Source: Phoronis australis (Eukaryota > Animalia > Phoronida). Taken from it: a DNA stretch of 64,000 bases. Below the pieces are notes generated by a model. It ran no database searches. It saw only the letters and a program-made list of their open reading frames with translations, and was not told where the DNA came from. Below, in pieces: positions 26,770 to 63,070 of this stretch. The stretch lies in contig NMRA01000731.1 of NCBI GenBank assembly GCA_002633005.1, positions 3,470 to 67,469 of the forward strand. Direction: 5' to 3'. The translations under genes and the position numbers were made by a program. The stretch's first letter is position 1, and each line of letters opens with the position of its first letter.

Positions 26770-27260
26770 TTATTTCTCAGAAAAGACTGAGATTAAACAC
26801 AATGCCTTGTAACACTGCACTTTCTGAGAAATGACTCAAAGTAAGTTTTTGCCACGCCTTTTAACACAATGCTCTTTGAGAAATGCTGAGTATTTACAGA
26901 ATGCCTTGTAACCAATAAGAGTCAGGGAATTTGTGCAATGCCTTCTCACGTACTACTGTCTGGTGACTGAGAATTTTATGGAATACTTTTTGACAGAGTA
27001 GTGTCTGAGAAATGGCTAAAAATGTATGTGATGTATCATAGCACAGCTCTATCTGAGAAGTGATAAGAATTTTTGTTATGCCGTACAACAAAAAAGACAT
27101 GTAAGATGGCAGAAAACATGTTCAATACATCGTAGCCCAATGCTGTCTGATAAATGGCTTATAATAAACACCGTAATGTGTAACGCTCAACTTTCTGAGA
27201 AACAGTTGTGAAAATAAACTTCGCCTTGCATTGAGAAGTAGCCAGGGGAATGGCTAAGAA
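26770..27260. repeat. Degenerate ~50-bp tandem repeat downstream of the KPTN stop (3' UTR / intergenic)
   Basis: Repeated tctgagaaatg(g/a)ct and aatgccttgtaac blocks. Confidence 0.55.
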
Positions 27261-27570
27261 TATAGTGCAGGCTTTCATGAAAATTTAGTTTGAAATTGCT
27301 GCAGTTTGGCTACTTTGGGTACTTGCAGGTTAACAGATGATAGTTTGATTTTGGTAGGTGTTTTGTGCAAAGCAGAATTGGTGGCATTTGTCTGAATTTC
27401 ATATTTATAAGAGTTGGGAGTTGTTACAGTACCCGTTGGTATCTATTTATTACTTTTGTATTGTTACAACATGGTAATAAAACTATTTTGTTACTACAAA
27501 CCTTGTTTAACTTCACTTTATGTAAAAACTAATCATTGTACAAAAACTCTGAGGTTGATTTGAGGTGGTT

Positions 27571-28737
27571 CTATGAAATGGCTTCAAATGAATCATCAGT
27601 TTTGATACTAGGCATGAGTTCCAAGAGATTCATGGGGCCATTGTAGAGCGGTTTGGTTTTTGCCATCATCGATGCTGACAATGTTACAAGATCCTGTAAT
27701 TTTGGCCTCCTGTTTGGAAGACTGCTCAAACAACTCATTAAAGCTGACTCTAATGCTTTGCTGTAGGGGAGGTCATTGCTTGGCTGGGTTTCCCTAAGTA
27801 ATGCATTGCAGGATGTTTGAAGTGGAATGGAGAACCATTCGGTAGTGTACACGCTGTTACTTGATTCATTCTCCCATCTCATGGGTGTAACACGGGTGGC
27901 CAATTCGAATAGCATTACTCCTATACTCCATACTGTTGATTTTATGCTATATTCACAATATTTCCAAGTCTCTGGGGCTGCATAGATCGGATGTGAACAT
28001 ATGACGTAAGCTCTTGTTTTGGACTGTCCGACAGTGGGAAGGTATAAAAGCAGGTTTTCTAACTTTAGTATTCCTTGGCAATCTATCACCACGTGTTTTG
28101 GATCATCAAGCTCTGGGTAAATACCCTCATTTTCAAGATAGGAAAACACAGATGCAAGTGAGTTCATTGACTGCCACATGAGAAATTCTGGCACAAATAT
28201 TTGCAGCATCCTCAATCTTCGAATATATTCCTTTAAATTTATTAGTGGAAAGTCCATCACGTGACAAACGAGGTCGTAACTATTATGAATTTCTCCGCGA
28301 CAGTTCATTAAATTTGGGTGCTGAAGATGGACCCATTGCTGAGTCTTCTGAATCGTCATCATGTGTAGCCCCATCGATGTACAGGACTGGCACAGTTTGT
28401 CCGGTTGATGAGTTTTTGTCAGAACATCTGAACCGTCAATCAAGCACTTCGCTGGGTGTACCTGATGAGTTTTGTGATGAGGGTGATAGGCAAATCTCAT
28501 ATTGTATGTGATGTGCTCCTGCTCCGTACTGAAATCTTGTGGAATGGAATACGTGTTCAGAAATGACTTTATAAACTGTGGCAAGGGAAGCTTGTTCACA
28601 GCGTCCGAATTGTGCAATCCAATTGACCGTAAAATCACGTGCCTACAAAGCTGCCTCAAAGGCAATGGCTGTCGTTTTTTTAGAGCAGGTACGTGTGCTG
28701 TAGTATCTTTTGACTGATCCAGTGTTGTTTTCTCCAT
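27571..28737 (-). CDS. Intronless SOCS-box / NEK6-7-like pseudokinase fusion protein (~388 aa from the preferred ATG; ORF open to 29067)
   Basis: Single uninterrupted ORF. SOCS box PLPLRQLCRHVI...LPLPQFIKSFL at 28555-28668. Kinase fold with VLTK, LQHPNL, YAAPE, VWSIGVMLFELA and CL...PNRRP, but no Gly loop, HRD or DFG. ATG 28737 has a strong context (acaATGg). Confidence 0.85.
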   Translation of the reverse strand: MEKTTLDQSKDTTAHVPALKKRQPLPLRQLCRHVILRSIGLHNSDAVNKLPLPQFIKSFLNTYSIPQDFSTEQEHITYNMRFAYHPHHKTHQVHPAKCLIDGSDVLTKTHQPDKLCQSCTSMGLHMMTIQKTQQWVHLQHPNLMNCRGEIHNSYDLVCHVMDFPLINLKEYIRRLRMLQIFVPEFLMWQSMNSLASVFSYLENEGIYPELDDPKHVVIDCQGILKLENLLLYLPTVGQSKTRAYVICSHPIYAAPETWKYCEYSIKSTVWSIGVMLFELATRVTPMRWENESSNSVYTTEWFSIPLQTSCNALLRETQPSNDLPYSKALESALMSCLSSLPNRRPKLQDLVTLSASMMAKTKPLYNGPMNLLELMPSIKTDDSFEAIS

Positions 28738-28905
28738 TGTTTTAAGGATGATGTAAAGCAATCTATTACGTTTTCCTTTGTATTGCTGCAACTTCGCGTC
28801 ACAGGCGTGCAACATAAACAGGGATTCTCTTTCGTGGTGACGTAAAGGGTATTTCCTAATCACGTGACTTACTATTTTTAGGAAACATGTTATGGCGGCT
28901 TGCTG
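28738..28905. promoter_or_regulatory. Bidirectional promoter, SOCS-pseudokinase / SPAST
   Basis: Divergent ATGs 168 bp apart. CRE-like tgacgt at ~28838, E-box/CLEAR-like tcacgtgac at 28860-28868, YY1-like atggcggc at 28892. Confidence 0.65.
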
Positions 28906-54231
<25,326 letters not shown>

Positions 54232-54442
54232 ATGTCACTACCTCACATCATTACACCATTCTCTTGGCTCTTCCTAAAGTCCACATTGTCAACGGGTCTG
54301 GTTTTATTACACACAGCGTGTCTTTTTCAGGAAAAGTAACTTAAGATTAAAGACAGGAATTTGGTTTTGCTATCCCGCTTCACAATTGGCAAATAAAATT
54401 TTAGTCATGTAATAGTTACCACCTCATTGTCTGGAATGATTT

Positions 54443-54533
54443 TTCTCAGTAATTAATAATTATGGGTATATTCTCAGTAATTAATAATTATGGGTATATT
54501 CTCAGTAATTAATAATTATGGGTATATTCTCAG
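54443..54533. repeat. Perfect 28-bp tandem repeat, ~3.25 copies, downstream of the SPAST stop
   Basis: ttctcagtaattaataattatgggtata starting at 54443, 54471, 54499 and partially at 54527. Confidence 0.95.
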
Positions 54534-55332
54534 ATACTTTATTCTTATCCTAAACAATGTTTGTTTATCAGAAATAGTTCTATGGAGTGTAGGACCAAAT
54601 TTCTGTCTTCAGCCTTAGGTCACTTCTCATGAAACAGATGCCAGTAGTTAGTGGAATGCGTATTAGGCAAACTAGGGGATAGATAGTGCGCTAAGTAGCG
54701 CTAAGTGCTCCTCGCACTACTCCTGTGTATTTTACATGATTGATATCTGAACATTCCGATTTAGACCAAAGAGACAACTTTATGGTACGACACGATGTGA
54801 AATGATACAATCAAAACCTTTTCTTGCTTTATGTTGACAAAAACTATTATTGTACAAATGCAGCCCAGTTTGGGAACTTCATTTGAAGAATGCAAGTCGA
54901 AACATATCTTTGTCTACATCTGTGAGTCAGTTTTACTCCAATTCGGCACTGCTCTATGCAAGATGATTGCCCTTCTTTAACTGAAACAAAAACCTATGTA
55001 GTCAGAGTGTTGATAGCTGCAAATTGTAAAATTGTACATTAAAACCAATGTGTATATAGATACTAGAACATTCTGTGAATAATTTCTACTTGCTTTTTTT
55101 GTTGTGCCAAGGTTTTTCGTTTGAGTTTTTTTATTGCTTTTTTTCCTTTTGTTTGAGTGCCACGACTTAAGAATTGACGACTTTAAATTTCTTTGTAAGT
55201 AGTGGGAGGAGGATCCTGCCTGTAGAAATGTAAGCAAACAGGTAGTCACGTGGGACCGTTAGCCAGCAAAATACCCCTTTGCTAATGAACTGGTTCCTAC
55301 TCTCAATTTATTCAGGTGTTAAAAAGAGAAAG

Positions 55333-55393
55333 ATTTGTTCATTAGCGCCACCTGGTGAACACAAATTTGTTCATTAGCGCCACCTGTTGAACA
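55333..55393. repeat. 32-bp tandem duplication carrying two CTCF-like motifs
   Basis: atttgttcattagcgccacctg(g/t)tgaaca twice. Confidence 0.8.
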
Positions 55394-57905
55394 TAAAAGT
55401 CTCACATTAATCAGTTTGTTTCGTTAAAAACTGTTGAGTGAATTGGATGGCACTTAGCAGAGAAACTGTTTTTGTCTCTCAGTGTGCTGGTTGAATGCCC
55501 TGGGTTCAGTTTCATCATGTTTGTGCTTGTGTTTGTGTTTTGCCCTAGATCCTAATCATGCTTGCTTAGAACACCTCCGTTTCTTATATCTACAGTTCTT
55601 TACTGTTAACATTTGAATACACTTAAAAGGGCCGAGGTTGATGGCTTGGCAATTAGCCATGTTCAGCTGGAATACTACTGCTTTGCTCAACCTTTTGCCG
55701 ATAAAACTGGCCAAGGACAGTGCGTACTGCAAACCTTGGTGTTCAGGAAAATAAAGGATTACGACTATGTGAGGGAAAAGTCATTCATGGTAGAAACTGG
55801 TAATGTGCAATACAAAAATTGAATTGTAGACTTTTCTAGTGTAGATTTTTGGGAAGTTATTCCACTTTGTTAAAGTCAGATTTTAGCTTTTAGTCTGAAT
55901 CAGTGTGTCATAAATATGCTGAATTGTGGAGTGAAGTGCTGTCATTTTATTTTTATATGTTAATTTGAAACCGTGTCCTTTGGAAAATATTTTTCTTTAT
56001 TTTCTCACGGTAGTGTTGCAATGTCTTTTATGTTAAAATAAAAAGAATGTGAATGACAATTTTCGCCTTATTTTCGCTTCTCATAAGTATTATTCCATTT
56101 GGGAAATTTAAGGTTGTTTGGGACTCTAGAAAAATTTGCAGATTTTGCAAACTTTGGAACATTATATCTCAAAAGTGGCTGATCAGATTCACACGAAACT
56201 ATCACATTCCATGCTTTCATACACTTCTTCAAAAGGCCTTCAGTGATTGTTTTTAAAATGTTTCACCTTAGCATGAGGGGTTATCACAAAATAGGATTTT
56301 TATGATGTTTGTGAATAAAATAGAAAGATGCATGAAACAAAAACAATTAATGATAATTTAGAGATTCTTTCTCAATATTTATATAAAACTAAATTTGGTC
56401 ATGGTATTGATGCTGTTGTTTTGTCTTTCCTTTTGTACTTGTTACTGATAAGACATGCCACATGGGTAAAAAGTGAAAAATCAAATTTTTTCAGGTTTTC
56501 AATTTTCAGAGTTTTAGTATATCAATTGGTGACTTTTCGAATCTTCTTTTTCACGTGAACATTCCTCTTCTGCATATCAATATCGTTCCCTGATGAAAAA
56601 ATGTCCAGTTCCCAGCGATCCCTAAATTTCTTGTAACGATCCTCCATAATAAAACGTTAGACTAGGTCTAAAACTGTCTCACAACTAACTTCAGTCGAAC
56701 AATCTAATTTTTCCTTATAAGCATAGAAAATTCACTTCCTTGTAATGGGCTTACAAGGAAGTGTCATTTGAATATACTAAGGGCTACTTTTATAATACTC
56801 ATTGCCCTCAGCTATAGCCTAAGTGGTATACGTGACAGCTCGTTCGGAATAGGGGAAACTAAAGTGCACACGTCCTTCATAAGTGGGCAGAGCACCTGTT
56901 TCAATTGACCTGGCTGTCTAGGACGTCGACGGAACACTTTTATTCGAGTAATGACAAATGGCAAATTAATAACGCGTTTTCGTCCCTGTCATGCACTCAG
57001 TTTAATTTGACCCAATTTCCGATGTTAAAAGTTCATGTGCGGCCGGGTCAAATAAATACGGGTGATGGCCATTGATGCATACAGGCGGATCCAAACAGTG
57101 GGGAGGGATCGGATTAGAATGTCCAAATGGCAGGATTACGGCTTGTCTGACCTTTCTTTTCTTTGGCCAAACACTTTACTCCATATTGATTTTTGAATTG
57201 GCTAAAATACTATGCTGCTAAAACATATTTCGATGTATATTTTTGTCCGATTTGCTTCAAGAGAGTACCACCTATTAACAATCTTGACCACAGGTATATA
57301 TTTATATTTGTACATAAATAGTTATGGCTATTCACTGATGGTCTTAGACTAGGCCACGCAGCTCATTTTGGTTTGCACTGGGTGTATAAAAGTAAGGAAG
57401 TTATTGCGAACGCGCTCTTGAAATCGCCTTTGCAATAACGCAATGAGGTAATGCGCATGCTTAGTTGAATCTCAAACAGGAGACAAATTCAAAGGAACTG
57501 GGGGAATTTATGTTTTCATATTAACTACAAAAAATGGTTTAGGATAGGTGTCCTTCTGCATTATAAATGGAAAGGAATTGATATTTTAACCTAATGTTTA
57601 CGTCTTTGTGCCTCTTCATTAACAAAGAAGTTGGATCAGGTTATTTAATGACTTTTTTAATTGCAAATTCGATAACGATCAACGAGTTGATAATGGGTGA
57701 TTGAAGTCGTAGACTGGAGTTTCAATTTCCTTGACATGGGATAGAGCTTTGAACAGACAGAATATATTACGACCAAACAATAACAGGTCTTCACTAGGTT
57801 GTTTGATAAATGATTTTTATAAATCGAGTTACTATTATTTCCATTGGACGTGGATATTTTAACTGAACATCCGAAAACAAAAGGGTAATAGTTTGATATA
57901 ACGTG

Positions 57906-57971
57906 CCCGCATTTTGAGAAGCAGTTTTCTCCACTGAATAACGGGCATCAACTGGTTCTCAAAATGCGGGC
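57906..57971. repeat. ~65-bp palindromic mini-element, second copy at ~10487-10543
   Basis: gcccgcattttgagaa...ttctcaaaatgcgggc; loop tgatgcc.gttattcagtggagaa shared with the inverted copy in the PNO1 3' region. Confidence 0.7.
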
Positions 57972-60782
57972 TGTCGTAACTTTGATTTTGATTTGCATTG
58001 CAGCTTATTAACGGTGGCTGGTGAAGGCAGTGGTTACGTCTGAATACGAAAATTGTCATCCGTACGTCAGTTGTATCGCTTTCGCTTTCCTAAAAACGCA
58101 GTGTCGCAGTTGCAATAACCCGGTGTAGGCCTATTCGACCTTCTTAATTACAGTATTATACCTTTGATAAACCGGGTTCATTTTTCTAACAGTGTCGACG
58201 CCATCACTGTTTCTAAGTTAGTTTGCCACCTGTAACCTGTTAAATTAACTAATGAATTTAATAATGAATTTAATCCTCATTAATAGGCCACCGGCCTGTT
58301 TATACAAAAATAGAAAACAATAAGTACTTACACGCAAAGGCACGCGCACACGTAGTGTTGGTGTTATAAAAGCAATGGTAACAAAATAACCACATTCAAA
58401 ATCATCTTCCTCCCATCGGCTAAATCTTACCAAAGTTAGTAATAACATTAAAGCTACATTTCGCCATGCGTAGCTGGGCAAAAACGAAACTCGAATTAAT
58501 TAAGCCCCTCATTATCAAAAAATAGGTCAAGTGATACTGCTTATGATGATAGGATTCTATGTCGGATTCAAGTCGCAATACAATTTTCGAATTCGCAATT
58601 TTAATGTTATCCAACCCTAAGGACCTCTGAAACGATTTCTTGAGTTGCTGATGGTTTTGGTGTTCATGCTGGTAACGGAAATGGACTCCTATCACGGCAA
58701 GGAATGTTTTGAAGGCTTTCACAATAATTGAACTGTTAAATTTACCTAGACGGTCAATATACAAGGGACATAACAACAAAAAATAAGATTCACTCTCAAC
58801 TATGTCACAATTACAGGATTCACTTATTTCGTACAGGACATTAACATGTCTATTTTCAGAGAATTTTCGGTACTCTTCGTCTCCTTTATTCTGCTCTTCC
58901 CCGCTCTTTCTGGGCCAGAGTTTTAATCTTTTTACTTGAAATGGAATTCGAAATTATGTTTGGCATTTTCTACTCTACTTTTGTGCGAACTCAAGATAAG
59001 TGTCTATTAATCCATGCTCGAGTACATAATAACTTACGTGGATATTTTTTTAGTTCTAGTTTGCAGTTGATAAACCCAACATGACGGCTAAAAGTTCGAG
59101 TTTAAACTTGAAATTTCGAGTTTTTACTCGAATTTGTAGCACGAATATAAGGGTCATCAAGTGCAAAGCTGGACTAGAAACTTATATGCGTAAAGTATAG
59201 TGTATTCGAGCACAGTCTAATAACCACGTATCTTGAGTTCGGACAAAAGTAGCAGAGAAATTGCCAAAAATAATCTCGAATTCGTTTCAAGTACAAATAT
59301 TAGATTCCGAGTCCTGGCCGCAACATTATATGCCGTTCTTTCTAAATGTAACGCGAATTTATAAATATATTATGGAAAATAGAAATACCGTCACTCACGT
59401 GATGACCCTTGATCCCTGTTCCCTAATGGGTAATAGGAATTATCTAAGAGTTAAATAAATTGAGCCACGGCATATCAAGAAACCTTGATATGAAAATGTT
59501 TATAGTTGCTTTCTGTGCTTCTTACAACTTCTTATCACTTGAATTGTATTAACTTTGAAAAGACACCTTTTATATTTTCTTAGGTAGCACTCATTTCCAA
59601 GTACAACTATTAATTGACAGTTTCCACAATTTGCAAATACGCTGCTTAATCATCAATTATCGTCGCAAATGTATATAGTCGTTTCTGCAAATAACATCGA
59701 CAAAATAACAAAATGTACAGATTTAATACACCAACAGCGACACCTTTTGAATAAATGTTTTAATCTAAAACGAACAACAAATTCTTACATACTCTCCAAT
59801 ATTTTAGAAATATTCACATTAATAAAATATGAAATAAGTTTATATTGCTGTCCACTCCTAGTCGAAAGTGTTTTTTGTAGCCCACGAATAGACAGTAAAG
59901 TTTTCCCATCGATTTATGCAAATATTCATCTATGAACGTATGCATAATAAAATATCACCCGTATTTTTTTCTGAAACCTGCCTGAGGTTTACAAGTAACG
60001 CCATTGGGTTCCAACCAACAATATAAGGATAATTAAACAAAAAATGAGAAAAAAGAACATTCAACTGTTTGAAACAAAGAGATTCCTCCATAATTGCAAC
60101 TTTGGGCCATCCTTTCTACCCGATATAAACAAAGGGAAAATAACTCCCAATGCCCACTGTCAGCGACAGACTACTGTATGAAAAATATGATGAAATAACT
60201 AGTAGTGGCGAGGGCATCGTTGAGTTATTTCTAGAAAAAAATGCCACCTGTGACCTCTTAAAAACAAAGAGAAGTGTAAATATATAACCTTCTGGCGGAC
60301 AGGTATTTCGCTTAACAGTAATTAAGAGGCAAGATATTAGCATTCCATGTGTTGAAATTCCTGTCTTCATACCCCAAAGCGTTGCCTCAAACTCTCTCGA
60401 ATATTACTGGCAACGAAATTTTTAACGAACATACACTATTAGCTTATAATGAAAGTTACTCAATTTACGTTTCTGCATTATTCATCATCTCCCAAAAAGA
60501 AGCCTTGAACGAGTATGCATTTCGAAACATTTCTGTGCTCTCTGCGACGAGTACAGGGTAGGCCAAAAATGTTATCCGTTGCACTCGTTGGAAAAATTCG
60601 AAAGATTCTGCTAGACCTATATGACCACCAAAGTCCTTTGTTTTAGTTCCTTCCTAAGTCGAAAGAGATTTTCATCATACTTGATAACAACATTGACCAA
60701 ACGGAATTCATTGATTCTTCAACAGGGAAATTCACCTCCACCAATTATTTATTCCAGTTTGACATTTTGTGGGACTTTGAAG

Positions 60783-60920
60783 TCGGCGCACCATAGGGGG
60801 CTGCGGGGTTATAGCCTCCCGCTAATTTCAGTGTTGCGCCGCCCATGGTCATATAGGCGGCGCACCATAAGAGGCCGGGGCTATAGTCACCCCACGTATT
60901 TCCGTGCTGCGCCGCCCATG
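60783..60920. repeat. Tandem pair of short GC-rich TIR elements
   Basis: ggcgcaccata...tgcgccgcccatg occurs twice. Confidence 0.5.
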
Positions 60921-62895
60921 GATACGTGACTGAAATTTATCAAGTTTTACTGGACGGTAATTTAATTTTGACACATCCTGAATTAAAATGTGCCTATTTT
61001 GGTGTCCTGAAATATTCCCTAAAGTTTCGGAGGATACTTACATATTAGTTAATTTTCGTTACTTACAAGAGATATTTAAAAAATCATGTCATAATTTTAC
61101 ATACGCAACACCGTTGTTCAATAATCATTTTGAAATATGAAAGATTTGGGTTCGAAAAATAAGCTGCTTCGAAATCTCTCGTGTGTTGTTAAAATATATT
61201 CTGGATATTACGTTTTTCCTTCCTTAACTTTAGAAGACCGAAGTAGTAAAAGTCTTTGTAAGCTTTGTCAAAAGAATTATGAGAATTTCTTTATCGTACC
61301 ATTATTTATACTTTCTGGTATTTTTCATGAGTTTTGTTTTCATAAATAAACACGAACGAATCCATTAATTATATATTTTTTCGCCCAGACTTTCCCTTTG
61401 ATAACCTGCTTACTACCCTGGGACATCCCGTTCCACACAATGGAGAGTGTCGACTGTTTTACGGCGGTCATAAAAATTTAGTCATGACATAAGGCATCAA
61501 CACTCCTTGTTATCTATAGTAGCACTGTTATCGAATGCAGGTGTTATTTTGGAATAATAGACTGCTTCGTTTTTCTTTTATCTTACTTTTCATTTGACCA
61601 TTTTGATGCGCCGACGTAGCGCTCAATACATCTTTTTATTAAAATGTATTTAGAAAACTTCTGGACTGAAGTGCGACGAAAATCCCCGCCAGGGTACAGT
61701 GCTGCATGAGACAGTGTGTCAGACATTTTACTCTATTTGAAATGATTCAAAATTAAATAAATGACCGTGAGAATACTGAATCTATCTACTTTCGCGTTCC
61801 CAGTGGAAGAGAAGTAGTTATATCATTTTATTTGCAACTAAATACATTATAACAGTAGCAGAAAATTAATATTCATATTCCCGATCTTGATGGGGAACCT
61901 CTGAAGACTAAAATGACGCTTGTCTCAGAGGCTACCGAGAAAAAGCAATCGAGTCACAGACAAACTTTCAATCAGTATGAATTAACAAAAAAGATTAACA
62001 TAGCTACACTTAACTATGGAGCTCCAACAACAAAAGTTTTTTATAGCAGCATTGAGAATGAAAGATAAGATGGATTAAATAACTAACAAAAAGTAAATGG
62101 TAAATTTCGGTATCCATGGTAAAACGTTTAACTAAGAGATTAGCGATATAATACTGGGTGACTGGGCTCGTTTCAAGTGGCACACATAGCAATTCGGAAC
62201 GTTGCACATTAATTGGTACATATTTGACAAAAATGAATTACAACAAAACTTAAATGGAGTTCATAGCAATGTGTGGAGTTTTTTCAGTTACTATGCGCGG
62301 AAACGTTTGGTTATTGGTCATCTTTGACATGTGATGTCGTCAACGGTAATGTGTGGAAATTCCAGTTGTAAATTCTGTGGTAACTGGAGGGCGAAACGTC
62401 GTAATCATGCCTCAACAAGGGGAGGAAGTACTGTTCGTTTTGGTTTGGAGAACAAAGGAGTAAAACGGAATTTTATTGCTCTCATTAAAAAAACAATACA
62501 TTTGAAAGACGTTGTCTAATAACGTGGTATATATTTTTTACAAACGGGTTAAGTTTACGTTTCATATTTTGACAGTATGATATTTCTGAAATTCGTTTTT
62601 GTATTATTTTAAACAGTCATGTTTTTGTGACAATACAAGAACGTCATGTAAAGTTTTTAAAAATATATATATTTCTATGAGACCACATAGATCGAATTAT
62701 TTGTTGTTTCAGCACGTTTACTACGCCGATGTTCCGCAAAAAAAAATGATTTACGGATGTTGGTGTGTTTTTATTCATTTTTAGTCATGGAATATGGTCT
62801 GGGAATATCTTTCACTGCTTTAAGAGAAACAATATAAACTGAAACATTTTCTATTCTACAGCTTCTCATTTTGCGCGTAAAAGTTAATAGATGAC

Positions 62896-63070
62896 AATGG
62901 CGGATTTAAGGGGGGAGAAAGGGGGCCATGCTCCCCCACCTCCCGGCAAAATTCTCCCAGATTCCATTTGGGTGTATGGGAGTGCGAAAATCTGACGGGG
63001 AAAATCCTGACTAATACTCTGCCCTGCCCCCCTCTCTTTTTTAACTCAAAATCATGGATCCGCTTCTCTA
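62896..63070. mobile_element. Short hAT-like MITE related to 15729-15886
   Basis: caatggcggatttaaggggg ... ggatccgc; shared internal block. Confidence 0.55.

Noticed and set aside
28245-28717. Plus-strand ORFs inside the pseudokinase gene
   Set aside because: Antisense shadows of the real minus-strand CDS.
54443-54533. CRISPR-like 28-bp repeats
   Set aside because: No spacers, eukaryotic context; simple tandem repeat.
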